Below, in pieces: positions 1 through 10,217 of a DNA stretch of 64,000 nt. The stretch comes from Candidatus Geothermarchaeum rappei (GTDB lineage Archaea; Thermoproteota; Nitrososphaeria; Geothermarchaeales; JDFR-13), in NCBI GenBank assembly GCA_002011085.2, contig MTMB02000001.1:41820-105819 (forward strand). Reading direction: 5' to 3'. Position 1 is the first letter of the stretch, and the number at the start of each line of letters is the position of its first letter. Under the pieces are notes generated by a model that searched no databases, had not been told where the DNA came from, and worked only from the letters and a program-made list of their open reading frames with translations. A program made the position numbers and the translations under genes.

Positions 1-1299
1 CATATCCATTATAGAAGACACATCTATTTCCTCTAGCCCAGTTGACCCTCCACCTAACATCTCTGCTATCTGCCTCGCGGGGGGCTCGGGCATCTCCCGT
101 ACCTTCTCTGTAGCATCTTTAAGCTCTTCTAGAAACTCATCTATAACTTTGTGGTGTATGGGACTTAATGTTAAATGGATGCTAGGTGGAAAACCTAGAT
201 GCCTTGAACCGGGTTGAGCCTGAATATACCATCCTTTCTTCTTCATGTAATCTGCCAAGAGAAAGATGTTTATGTCCTTTGATGTAAAAGTAACTATGCT
301 GGACTGCGGTTCCCCCATAATCCTGTACCCTAGTTCAGGTAGTCTCCTTAGTAATTTCTTTTTTACATCTAGTATCTTCTTTGCTAGCTTAAGATATCCT
401 TCTTCGCCTAGATAATTTAGTACAGCCCATGCAGCAGCTAAAGGACCTGCTGATCTAGTGGATAATACAGTTGTATTTACAAGAGGATAGCCAGGCCAAC
501 TCGCATTTATATAAAGCTGATACAATCTCAATCTTCTACTTCTATATAGTATAACCGATGCACCCTTGGGTGTATATCCATATTTATGGAGATCTGTAGA
601 TATAGAGGTCACTCCATCAACCTCGAAATCGAACTTGGGGATATCCTCACCCAGTTCCTTTAAAAAAGGCAGGAGATATCCGCCGATACATGCATCTACA
701 TGAAACCAGACATCCTTCTCCCTTGCTATATCAGCAATCTCCTCGATGTCATCTATCACTCCATAAGGATAGTTGGGAGCAGAGCCGACGATCATACATG
801 TTCGCTCCGAAATCTTTTCCTTAAGTTTCTCGACATCAGCCTTCAAAGTATTTTTATCAATTGGTATCTGAACCACTTTTATACCTAAGTAGTGGGCCGA
901 CTTATAAAATGCTGGATGTGCTGTTGCTGGCAGTATTATTTCAGGTTTTTCTCTTCCATTATCAATATGATAATCTCTCGCTGTTTTAACAGCTAAAAAT
1001 ATGCTTTCCGTCCCTCCATAAGTAAAATTACCCACGACTTCCTCATCACCATGCAACCACTTTTTTGTAATAGAAACAATTTCATTCTCCATTCTAAGTA
1101 TACTTGGATAAACGGTAAAATTGAGCATTGTTTTATCCATATACATCATATATGCTTCTCTAGCTATTTTCTCCAACTCTCTAAGTCCCGTTGCATACAC
1201 ATGGGAAAAGAGCTTGCCTGAATGGGGATCCAAATCCTCTATTGAATAACGTTTTAATAGATCTAAAACTCTTTCTTTAGAAACATCTCCTGAAGACAT
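1..1299 (-). CDS. Group II PLP-dependent decarboxylase (glutamate decarboxylase / sphingosine-1-phosphate lyase-like). Partial: the C-terminus lies beyond the window start.
   Basis: My own translation of the minus strand from the ATG at 1299 (MSSGDVSKERVLDLLKRY...). The segments I translated by hand (1-60, 601-720) are in frame with no stops. The ORF is absent from the track because it is partial. Motifs HVDACIGGY and STDLHKYGYTPKG (PLP-lysine S-x-H-K) are typical of the family. Confidence 0.7.
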   Translation of the reverse strand, partial: MSSGDVSKERVLDLLKRYSIEDLDPHSGKLFSHVYATGLRELEKIAREAYMMYMDKTMLNFTVYPSILRMENEIVSITKKWLHGDEEVVGNFTYGGTESIFLAVKTARDYHIDNGREKPEIILPATAHPAFYKSAHYLGIKVVQIPIDKNTLKADVEKLKEKISERTCMIVGSAPNYPYGVIDDIEEIADIAREKDVWFHVDACIGGYLLPFLKELGEDIPKFDFEVDGVTSISTDLHKYGYTPKGASVILYRSRRLRLYQLYINASWPGYPLVNTTVLSTRSAGPLAAAWAVLNYLGEEGYLKLAKKILDVKKKLLRRLPELGYRIMGEPQSSIVTFTSKDINIFLLADYMKKKGWYIQAQPGSRHLGFPPSIHLTLSPIHHKVIDEFLEELKDATEKVREMPEPPARQIAEMLGGGSTGLEEIDVSSIMDM

Positions 1300-1496
1300 T
1301 CTTCTTCACTATTAAATAAAATAATACTTATTTTAGTTAAAACGATTTAGTTTCAACCTACTTGTATACAAATATTGGATAAGGTAGCTGGCACAGTATC
1401 ACAATAATTTTTTCATGAAGAAATTCCCCTATAGTATCAGTTTACCCTTAATAGTCAGGGTATTCTCTATATATCCACCTTATAAGATGCTATTCT

Positions 1497-2015
1497 CTAT
1501 ATGCACTTTTCAAGTGCGGTTATTATGAGTTGAACCGCCTCTTCAAAGTTATCGAAGTCTACCCAAGCCTGTAGGAAATTGACTGGACCTACGTTAGAGT
1601 AGATGTCTCTAATATGGATATCTCTATCATCTATATAGACAATTTTACATGGTTTAAACTCTACATTTTTCTCGATCTTGATCCTTTTCAACAGCTTTAT
1701 AATCATCTTATCTTTTCTATGCGTGTTTTCTATAGTTACGTAGTCAAACATGTTGATTATTTGAAATGCTTGAAGTGCAGCTATAGCATTATCTGGGATA
1801 TTCCATGATAATGTGGATGTTATACCTCCATTCTCCTTGGCCCATCTCGCTAATCTGAGTATGTCGTGATTCAACCTTACTTCCACCCCGTTTGAGTCTA
1901 TAATTGTATCTTCAGACACTTTTTTGAAAGGAGGCTTAAGTAGTGAAATATCTTCGTTATCCCATAGAGTTCCATCTAGATCAAGTAGTAATAGCCATTT
2001 ATTGGTTACTGGCAT
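1497..2015 (-). CDS. HAD-superfamily phosphatase, magnesium-dependent phosphatase-1 (MDP-1)-like
   Basis: N-terminal LLLDLDGTLWD (HAD motif I, DxDxT). Size 172 aa. YIDDRD motif near the C-terminus. Confidence 0.6.
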   Translation of the reverse strand: MPVTNKWLLLLDLDGTLWDNEDISLLKPPFKKVSEDTIIDSNGVEVRLNHDILRLARWAKENGGITSTLSWNIPDNAIAALQAFQIINMFDYVTIENTHRKDKMIIKLLKRIKIEKNVEFKPCKIVYIDDRDIHIRDIYSNVGPVNFLQAWVDFDNFEEAVQLIITALEKCI

Positions 2016-2032
2016 CGCCTCTCTCCCTGATT

Positions 2033-3409
2033 CTATAATTCTTTACGAAATTTATATCGTTCATATATTAAGTCCACTTTCTCTCCTGAGATGATGAACT
2101 CCACCTCATATTCTCTCCATGAAACGTTTGTTGTGAACATCGCATAGTCGTCTCTAAGTTCCCGGGGGAATAGAGGGATCTCAATTTCTTTTGCACCCTC
2201 CCTCATAATAAGATAGAGCAGTGAGTCTCTCTTGACAACCTTAGCACTCATAGTACTCATATAGGTCTCATATTTCCCCTCCAGCTTCTTCATAATTTCA
2301 TCATTTTTTATAAAATGGATCTTCATTGGGTCTTTATCTAATAATAATGCAAGGATATATGCACCGATATATGACAGTCTGTATCCAGATGCATTTGCCA
2401 GTAATGCCACACCAATATTCTTTTCTCTAATATAACCTATGTATCCAGTATGTACAAGTAGTGAGCCAGAGTGGCCGACAAGCTTATATCCAAAGAAATT
2501 TGGGGTAATAATTAATCCGTATCCATATGATTCTCCACCGAATAGTTCGTAGGAGAATTTTATGTATGGCGTCTCCATCTTATCAATAAATTCTTTACTG
2601 ACAACCTTATTCTCTCCATATCTCCCTTTGTGAATATACATCTCGATATACTTTATTAGATCCATGACATTGCTGATTAACCCTCCATCAGAAGTAATAC
2701 CAAATGGGAACCTTGACTCTACGTGTTTTCCTTCATGGTTTATTATATATGGTTTAGCCCAGTTACCGTCTTCCACCACCTCCTTCTCTGTAAAGAAGCT
2801 CCTATTCATTTTAAGCGGGTTCAATATATGCTTTTTAATGTACTCTGGATAAGGGACTCCAGAGACCCTTGAAATTACCTCACCTAGAAGTACATATGCC
2901 TCGTTTAAGTAAAAGAAGCGTCTACCAGGATCAGATTCCCTCCATAAATGTGCATTCCTCAAAAAGCTTATCAAATCCCTAACACCTGTTATTGGCAACC
3001 ATCTATCATCTACTCCTAATAAGCCTCTTATGTATGCTTCTGCATATGCAAGTGCAGGTATCCCTGAGGAATGTGTGAGTAAGTGATGTAGAGTTACATT
3101 GTCTTGAAATGCCTTTGGTACCTCCTTAATATATTTATCAACTGGGTCTTCAACGGATAATTTCCCCTTCTCCTCTAGCTGCATAATTGCCAGGGCGGTA
3201 AATGACTTCGTTATAGACCCAACTCCATAAAGAGTATGCTCGTCACTTGCCAACGCCTTCGAAATATCCTTAAAGCCATATCCCCTCTTGTATACAATCT
3301 CTTCATCCTTAAGTATTCCCAGGCTTATACTTGGTATCTTTGTTTCACTCATCTTCTCGAGTATAAATCGATCTATCTTATGAAAAATCTCCTTCATTAT
3401 AATCGCCAA
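2033..3409 (-). CDS. Serine hydrolase of the beta-lactamase / penicillin-binding (class C-like) family
   Basis: S-x-x-K motif GSITKSF. GHSGS resembles the H/K-x-G box. 458 aa. Confidence 0.65.
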   Translation of the reverse strand: MAIIMKEIFHKIDRFILEKMSETKIPSISLGILKDEEIVYKRGYGFKDISKALASDEHTLYGVGSITKSFTALAIMQLEEKGKLSVEDPVDKYIKEVPKAFQDNVTLHHLLTHSSGIPALAYAEAYIRGLLGVDDRWLPITGVRDLISFLRNAHLWRESDPGRRFFYLNEAYVLLGEVISRVSGVPYPEYIKKHILNPLKMNRSFFTEKEVVEDGNWAKPYIINHEGKHVESRFPFGITSDGGLISNVMDLIKYIEMYIHKGRYGENKVVSKEFIDKMETPYIKFSYELFGGESYGYGLIITPNFFGYKLVGHSGSLLVHTGYIGYIREKNIGVALLANASGYRLSYIGAYILALLLDKDPMKIHFIKNDEIMKKLEGKYETYMSTMSAKVVKRDSLLYLIMREGAKEIEIPLFPRELRDDYAMFTTNVSWREYEVEFIISGEKVDLIYERYKFRKEL

Positions 3410-3545
3410 AAATATAATTTTCTATACTCAAACTAAATTAGAATGATATATTCATTGATGATAGAGTATTCTCACTGTACTTATAGGCAAGAGGGTTACA
3501 TTAACTAAAATTATGTTCTACGCCTTTTTTACGTAGTAAAGAAAG

Positions 3546-3902
3546 ATGAAGTCGCGAAGACAGCCTTTTCTCACCAAAAAAGATGTCTCAAGTATGCTTA
3601 AATGGAGATATGAGTATGTAAATGCTTTGAAAAGCACTGACACTGCATATCAAAACCTACTATCGATTCTTGACGTGAATGAAAGAGGATATAGTGGAAA
3701 GTTAATTAAAGTTGGTATAACGATATTTTTCATACCTATTCTTGGGATCTCAGAAGTTATTGGAGCTATCTTGATAGGAATGGGGCTACTGTTGAAAACC
3801 TTTTCAAGAAGAAGATATCCACTGTCAAGAATTGGAAGGGACCTCCGATTCTCTATAGATTATTTAAAATCCTATCGTGATTCGACAACACTATTCGAAT
3901 AG
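3546..3902 (+). CDS. Hypothetical small membrane protein
   Basis: 118-aa ORF with a central hydrophobic hairpin (VGITIFFIPILGISEVIGAILIGMGLLL). No recognisable family. Confidence 0.35.
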   Translation: MKSRRQPFLTKKDVSSMLKWRYEYVNALKSTDTAYQNLLSILDVNERGYSGKLIKVGITIFFIPILGISEVIGAILIGMGLLLKTFSRRRYPLSRIGRDLRFSIDYLKSYRDSTTLFE

Positions 3903-3980
3903 CTTAATGTAAATTTATCTCTGTGTAATCACCTTTTGAGTAAAATTAATATCATGTTATATCCTTGACTATATATTATA

Positions 3981-5129
3981 ATGAGTAGTAGCCCGTACTC
4001 CCGACTAGCAGTTTTATCTCTCACTCATATAGTAAACGATGCTAATCTTGTTATTCTATCTACAGTGATACCGCTTATAGTAAAGGAATTTAGTTTGTCT
4101 TATACAGAAGCGGGTCTAGCTGTTAACATTAGTTTCCTCTCCATGATCTTTCTCCAAATTTTATTTGGGCATCTCTCAGGAAAAACAAATCTGGGTTATA
4201 TGTTGGCATTAGGATTATTTATCATCGGGTTATGTGGTTTTCTAACTGCGTTAGCCAACAGTTTCTATATGCTTCTAGTAGCTCAGCTTCTCATGGGTGT
4301 AGGGGCAAGCTTCTATCACCCTATTGCATATGGACTAACTAGATATTTATACGAGGAAGGTGCCCGCGGTAAGGCATTTGGTTTAGTAACATCGTCAGGA
4401 GACCTTGGAGTTCTAATAGTCTTCATAGCCAGTGGAGTTGCTTCAGTCTTCTATGGATGGAGGTTTCCAGTTATCATGTTTTCACTTCTAGCTATTGTCG
4501 TAGGCATATTATCGTTAAGATATTTCGATTTAAAGGGATGGGGTCAGGAGAAAACGGTAAAAACAATTAAGGATCCTTCTATCATCAAAGTATTAATTCT
4601 TATTCTAATCGCGTATATTTTAGTAGTCTCGGTGAACCGAATTTCATATAGTTATATCCCTCTTATTCTAGCGGAGTATGTCTCTAACCAAGCTGTTATA
4701 AATCTAAACATAGCAACTCTCACACTATTTGGAATAATTAGTGGCCTTATATCTGGAGCCGTGATCGATAGATATAATGTATCGCTATATACGGTGATGA
4801 TCACGATTTTTATGGTTATTTCTCCACTAATCTTGATACAGTATACGACTAATCCATTTTTAGTATTTTCTACACTAGCCCTTCTAGGCTTTGTTATATA
4901 TGCACATAAGCCAATTATCTACAGCTATATCCTAGGAGGAAGCATCTCCGGTAATTTTGGGACTATATATGGACTAACTGTTTCACTTGGAATGGTTGGC
5001 GGACTAATAGCGTCAATAGCTACTGGTATCTTTGCTGATTTCTATGGAATACATTTTACAATGATCATCTCATCAGGAATATCCCTAGTAGTCCTAGTAA
5101 TATATCTATACTGGCTTAACACTGGATAA
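3981..5129 (+). CDS. MFS transporter
   Basis: 382 aa with about 12 hydrophobic segments in an MFS-like layout. Confidence 0.65.
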   Translation: MSSSPYSRLAVLSLTHIVNDANLVILSTVIPLIVKEFSLSYTEAGLAVNISFLSMIFLQILFGHLSGKTNLGYMLALGLFIIGLCGFLTALANSFYMLLVAQLLMGVGASFYHPIAYGLTRYLYEEGARGKAFGLVTSSGDLGVLIVFIASGVASVFYGWRFPVIMFSLLAIVVGILSLRYFDLKGWGQEKTVKTIKDPSIIKVLILILIAYILVVSVNRISYSYIPLILAEYVSNQAVINLNIATLTLFGIISGLISGAVIDRYNVSLYTVMITIFMVISPLILIQYTTNPFLVFSTLALLGFVIYAHKPIIYSYILGGSISGNFGTIYGLTVSLGMVGGLIASIATGIFADFYGIHFTMIISSGISLVVLVIYLYWLNTG

Positions 5130-5138
5130 ATGTCTATG

Positions 5139-5153
5139 GTTAATATTAACTAG
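5139..5153. repeat. 15-bp motif GTTAATATTAACTAG, identical to 28562-28576
   Basis: Exact 15-mer found by eye in two intergenic regions: the convergent MFS/acyl-CoA ligase spacer and the nikR upstream region. It contains the 12-bp perfect palindrome GTTAATATTAAC. Confidence 0.5.
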
Positions 5154-5178
5154 TTACACACATAAACATGATTATTTA

Positions 5179-6903
5179 TTAATCGGTTCTCATAACTTTA
5201 CTCAGTCTCTTTCTCTCTTCATCTCTCAATTCTCTTCTAAGTATTTTCCCAACAGTACTTTTTGGAAGCATATCTCTTATCTCAATCATATGTGGTACCT
5301 TATATGGCGCTAATTTGCTTCTACACCATTTAATTAAATCGTGTGCAGTAATCCCCCTGGCATCTTCGTGTAACACTACATATGCCTTAATCCTCTCTCC
5401 CACAACTGGATCTGGTACACCTATAACCGCTGCTTCTTTCACTGCAGGATGGTCATATAACACGGTCTCTATTTCTGCAGCTGCAACTAAATATCCCTTA
5501 TATTTTATGATGTCCTTAGCTCTATCCACAAAGTGAATATATCCTTCTTCATCTAGCCAGACTATATCCCCGGTTCTAAACCACCGTCTTCCAAATGCCT
5601 CGAAAAACGCTTCTCTATTAACTTCTGGTTTCTTCCAGTAGCCGGGCGTAACTTGAGGTGCACTAACAACCAACTCACCAGATTCACCGATGTCAAGGAA
5701 TTCTCTAGTCCCTACTTTAACTATACCTATCTCCGTGTTTGGAAGCGGGACTCCTATTGCATCAACTTTATATTTGTTTAATGGATTGATCGCTACAACT
5801 GCAGAACTTTCTGTCAGTCCATATCCTTGGATTATATCCCTCCCGATTCTGGTTTTCCACCTTTTTTCTAGGTCTAAAGGAAGTAGGTCGGCGCCGGAGA
5901 ACCAGTATTCTACGGATGATAAATCATATAGATCTAGTCTGTCATGATTAAGAATAATGTTATATAACGTAGGTATGCCATAAAAGATAGTTATCCTAAA
6001 TCTCTCAATTGCCTTAAGTAAGGCATCTACATTAAGTCTTGGAAAAACAACTAGAGTATCTCCCCTAGATAATCCACAGCCCATAATTACTACCTGCCCG
6101 TAAATATGGTAGAATGGGAGTAAGGCGGCTATTACATGTGGCCTGTCTTTAAAAAATGAGTTCACAACTTCAAGGAATTCATTTCTACACGCAACCAGAT
6201 TCCTATGTGTTAGTATAACGCCTTTAGGATTACCAGTTGTTCCACCGGTGTATGGGAGACTTGCGATATCCTTGTCTGGATCTATCTTTACTTCATTGAT
6301 CTCGGTCTTTCCCTTCCTTAATAGATCTTTAAAATGATATACTCCTGATTCTCTCTTTACTCTCCCTTTAGGTATTCTCCCTATGACTCTCCCTAATATG
6401 TTCTTAATAGGAGATATCAAATCTGCGATATTAGTTACAATGATGTTTTTAACCCTCGTACCCTCTAATACGTCTGCTAGATTACCGAAGTTTATATCAT
6501 GGCATATAATTGTATTTGCACCTGAGTCCCTAAGTATATACTCTACTTCAAGGGGAGTATAGGTTGGGTTCATTGGGACAACAGTAGCACCTAATTTCAG
6601 TATAGCGAAGTATGAAATTATAAACTGTGGAGAATTAAGTATATATAAAGCTACTTTATCCCCCTTTTTTATACCGAGTTTACTTAGGGAATAGGCAAAT
6701 TTATTTATGCTGATGCCAAGCTTCTTATAGGTAAACTTGTCTCCCAGAAAGATCACTGCAGTTCTGTCACCATGTGTATTTATGGTTTCGTTTAACGCCT
6801 TGTAATATGGTTCGTTTGGTATCTCAAACGTCGCTCTAACTCCTTCTGGATAAGATTTTATCCATGGTTTTTCCTTTACATATCTGGGGAGCATTTTTAT
6901 CAA
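5179..6903 (-). CDS. AMP-dependent acyl-CoA synthetase (long-chain fatty acid--CoA ligase-like)
   Basis: AMP-binding signature LPYTGGTTGNPKGV, then GYGLTE and TGD...D..GY motifs. 574 aa. Confidence 0.85.
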   Translation of the reverse strand: MIKMLPRYVKEKPWIKSYPEGVRATFEIPNEPYYKALNETINTHGDRTAVIFLGDKFTYKKLGISINKFAYSLSKLGIKKGDKVALYILNSPQFIISYFAILKLGATVVPMNPTYTPLEVEYILRDSGANTIICHDINFGNLADVLEGTRVKNIIVTNIADLISPIKNILGRVIGRIPKGRVKRESGVYHFKDLLRKGKTEINEVKIDPDKDIASLPYTGGTTGNPKGVILTHRNLVACRNEFLEVVNSFFKDRPHVIAALLPFYHIYGQVVIMGCGLSRGDTLVVFPRLNVDALLKAIERFRITIFYGIPTLYNIILNHDRLDLYDLSSVEYWFSGADLLPLDLEKRWKTRIGRDIIQGYGLTESSAVVAINPLNKYKVDAIGVPLPNTEIGIVKVGTREFLDIGESGELVVSAPQVTPGYWKKPEVNREAFFEAFGRRWFRTGDIVWLDEEGYIHFVDRAKDIIKYKGYLVAAAEIETVLYDHPAVKEAAVIGVPDPVVGERIKAYVVLHEDARGITAHDLIKWCRSKLAPYKVPHMIEIRDMLPKSTVGKILRRELRDEERKRLSKVMRTD

Positions 6904-7016
6904 ATATAATTAATAATGTTTAAATCCTTAAAAAGAATGTTAAAAAAATAAATAGGAAAAGCGTTACATATTTCTCTAAGGAATTACATTTGTGCATTTC
7001 TTGGGGGATAACATAA

Positions 7017-8308
7017 TGATGAGGGGTGTTTCTAAACTAACTGTGATTGGGCTCCTAATCGTCGTTCTTGTCATCGGCATAGCAGGGTACTACTATTTCA
7101 CCACTCAGACAGAAGAGGTTAAGGAGATCAGAATTGGGATCGCAGGTCCTCTCGAGCATATACATGGAATCGGTCATAAACGTGGAGCTGAAATGGCAGT
7201 TGAGGAAATTAATAATGCTGGTGGTATCATGATAAACGGCACAAAATACATTTTGAAGCTATATTTTGAAGATACGCGGGAAGCCGACCCAACGATACCT
7301 GTTGAGGAAGGTGTAGCGGCAATATCTAGGCTAGCAACTGTCCATAAGGTTCATGTGATAATCGGGGGCTTCAGAAGCGATGTGGTCATAGCTATGCAGG
7401 AGGAGGCTATGAAGTATAAGATACCCTTCATTGTAGCAGGCGCGTCTGCAGACACTATAACCAAACGGGTTATTGAGGACTATGAAAAGTATAAGTATAC
7501 TTTCAGAATAACGCCCACAAACTCCACGTCTCTTGCATTAAGTTACATAGAGATATATAAGTATCTGAGGATGGAATATGGTTTTTCAAAGGTATATATA
7601 ATCGCTGAGGATGCGTTATGGACACGTATAATGGTTGAGAAGGTCCTGCAGCCATACTTACCCAAGCTTGGGTATACGATAGTCGGTGGCCCTACTTTCG
7701 TGCCATTAGATGCACGGGATATGTCAGCCGAGATGACCGATATAATTGACAGTGGTGCAGAGGTTATAGCAACAATATTCTCTGGAGACGTAGGAATCAT
7801 ATTCACTAAATATTGGAGTGACATGGGCGTTAAAGCGGTTCCTGTAGGGATAAATGTCTATTCACAACAGGAGATATTCTGGAATATGACGGAAGGAAAG
7901 TGTAACTATGAGGCTACGTTGACAGATGTGGGAACCTTAGAAGGCCCTATTGGAGATGCTTTCTACAAAGCATATTTAGAGAAATACGGTGAGTCTCCAA
8001 TATACACTGCTCCCGCGACCTATCAAGCTGTTTATCTAGTTGCACGAGCGATTGAAAAGGCTCAGTCACTAAATTCAGATAGGATAGTGAAGGCTCTGGA
8101 AGAAATCGGTTTTAAAGGGATAATGGGTAATGAACTAGCGCCGCTAGGTAACAAATTCCTCATTAAGTTCACTAAGAACCATGACATCATGTGGGGTATA
8201 AGTGACCCATCAAAAGGTATGCTCATGGGCCTACAGCAGTGGCAAAACGGTAAGAGGGTAATTGTATGGCCTCCAGCTGCTGCGACAGGAGAATTACAAC
8301 TACCGTAG
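7017..8308 (+). CDS. livJ: Branched-chain amino acid ABC transporter, substrate-binding protein (lipid/TM-anchored)
   Basis: N-terminal TM/signal segment and a type I periplasmic-binding-fold-like sequence. First gene of the livHMGF block. I prefer the ATG at 7017 (preceded by GGGGGAT) over the GTG at 6992. Confidence 0.75.
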
Positions 8309-8329
8309 TCGTATAAGAGGTTGTATTAA

Positions 8330-9196
8330 ATGCTATCCATACTAATCTATGGAACGACGCTTGGTTTTACACTTGCCCTTATAGCCATCGGCCTATCACT
8401 CGTCTTTGGCGTCGGTAGGATAATAAACTTTGCACATGGAGCCTTTTTCGCTATAAGCTCATATTCTCTATATCTCTTTTTTATCTCACTTAAACTTTCC
8501 TTGATAATTTCTATTATCCTTGCATTGGTCATAACTGCTCTAATATCGGTATTGATGTATGTATCTTCCTTAACTAGAGTCCGTGGTATGGAGCTTAATG
8601 AGATGATAGTTACACTGGCATTTACAATAATCACGATTGAATTACTACGTATGTATTTTGGACCTTCGCCCTTAGGTGTACCTAGTTTCATGAAAGGAGG
8701 AATAAACATAGGTGGATATATCGTCGATATGCAAAGGATCTTCATAGTAATAATATCTATAGCAACCCTCGCGATTCTGGGATTTATAGTGAAGAAGACA
8801 CGAATAGGGATCGCTATGAGGGCCGTTGCACAGGATGAAGATGCTGCTATGCTCATAGGAATAAATAGAGAGCATATGTGCATCCTTGCCTTGGTTATAT
8901 CAGCGGTACTGGCCGGTATAGCAGGGATATCAATTACCCCTGTCATGACGGCCTCGTTAGAAGGAGCGTGGTATGCCTTGTTAAATGGAATAGCGATAGT
9001 CATATTAGGTGGCCTCGGAAGTCTTTTAGGAAGTCTAATAGCTGCGTTTATAATCGGGTATGCAGAGATCATCATAGCAACATATGTCTCCAGTCATTTG
9101 AAAAATATTGTTGCCTTAGCGTTTATAATAATCATATTGATCTTGAGACCCTCTGGAATCTTGGGTAAGCACCATGAGCTCGAGGAAAGAGTCTAA
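8330..9196 (+). CDS. livH: Branched-chain amino acid ABC transporter permease
   Basis: 288-aa polytopic membrane protein in the LivH position and of LivH size. Confidence 0.8.
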   Translation: MLSILIYGTTLGFTLALIAIGLSLVFGVGRIINFAHGAFFAISSYSLYLFFISLKLSLIISIILALVITALISVLMYVSSLTRVRGMELNEMIVTLAFTIITIELLRMYFGPSPLGVPSFMKGGINIGGYIVDMQRIFIVIISIATLAILGFIVKKTRIGIAMRAVAQDEDAAMLIGINREHMCILALVISAVLAGIAGISITPVMTASLEGAWYALLNGIAIVILGGLGSLLGSLIAAFIIGYAEIIIATYVSSHLKNIVALAFIIIILILRPSGILGKHHELEERV

Positions 9197-10217
9197 CCGC
9201 CGCAAGATAGTAATACGAAAAGAAAGATTGGACCGAGGAATTAGAGCTAGGTCTAAGGATATGTACGTCTTGATGTCGTATGAAGAAATAGGATATGTGA
9301 TCCTACCTAGGCTTCTTCCCCCGCTTATATTATTGTTATTTCCGCTTTTTATTAGAGACCAGTATTGGTATATGGTTTTCTTTCTAGCTGGTTATTACGC
9401 AATAGCGTCTATGAGCTGGGACTTGTTAGGAGGGTTTACAGGCTTAATAAGTTTTGGCCACGCTTTATTCATAGGGTTTGGCGGATATATTACCGCTATA
9501 TTAAATGTATGGTACGGTGTTCCAATCTACCTCTCCATACCTCTAGGGACGTTACTAGGGGCAGGAATAGGTACGTTAATATATTTCCCATGTTTAAGGA
9601 CGAAAGGCGTATACTTCTCACTGGTTTCTCTCGTAGCTCCCTTGGTTCTTGTTGGAAGCATCTTGGCTTTTGCAGAGATAACTGGTGGAGAAGAAGGTAT
9701 TTATGGTTTGGAAAACCCATTAGCTGAGGTACATTGGTATTACCTTATCACGATTCTTGTACTGCTTACGTTTCTGATTATGAGGAAAATAGCTTATAGT
9801 AATTTTGGATTGGTTTTACAGGCTATTAGGGATAACGAGCCTTCGGTAAAAATATCTGGCATAAATCCAACTCAGTATAAGGTGATCGCACTATTTATAA
9901 GCGGTTTATTCGCCAGCCTAGTGGGCTCTATACAGGCACATAAACTTTCTTTTGTAGGACCTTCATACTTCTATCTCTCTATATCCGTTGGGATAATCAC
10001 AATGAGTGTATTAGGCGGGGTAGCGACTATAGTGGGACCAGCATTAGGTGCATATATCCTAACTGCATTGACAGAGTGGCTTCGGTGGCTAGGGAGTCTG
10101 AGGATGCTATTGTATGGATTGATTCTACTAGTATTGTTGATATTCAAACCCGAGGGTCTATACAGATATCTAGAGAGAGTGTATCAGACGTTTGAGAGGA
10201 GGTATATAGAGGAATGA
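9174..10217 (+). CDS. livM: Branched-chain amino acid ABC transporter permease
   Basis: Polytopic membrane protein overlapping the livH end. The basic N-terminal extension makes the exact start uncertain (alternative ATG at 9261). Confidence 0.75.
   Translation: MSSRKESNRRKIVIRKERLDRGIRARSKDMYVLMSYEEIGYVILPRLLPPLILLLFPLFIRDQYWYMVFFLAGYYAIASMSWDLLGGFTGLISFGHALFIGFGGYITAILNVWYGVPIYLSIPLGTLLGAGIGTLIYFPCLRTKGVYFSLVSLVAPLVLVGSILAFAEITGGEEGIYGLENPLAEVHWYYLITILVLLTFLIMRKIAYSNFGLVLQAIRDNEPSVKISGINPTQYKVIALFISGLFASLVGSIQAHKLSFVGPSYFYLSISVGIITMSVLGGVATIVGPALGAYILTALTEWLRWLGSLRMLLYGLILLVLLIFKPEGLYRYLERVYQTFERRYIEE

Noticed and set aside
1461-1502. 12-bp direct repeat TATTCTCTATAT at 1461-1472 and 1491-1502
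   Set aside because: It is a short, isolated, low-complexity AT/pyrimidine-rich repeat. The second copy overlaps the stop codon of the HAD phosphatase gene. No further copies or associated structure were noticed.
8347-9075. 242-aa ORF antisense to livH. Similar long antisense ORFs lie at 40371-40844 (versus AMMECR1), 42305-42781 (versus asnS), 17501-17941 (versus deoC) and 29780-30223 (versus the CinA-like gene).
   Set aside because: Each lies entirely inside a well-supported gene on the other strand and has no recognisable motifs. Open antisense frames of this kind are a common artefact opposite genuine genes.
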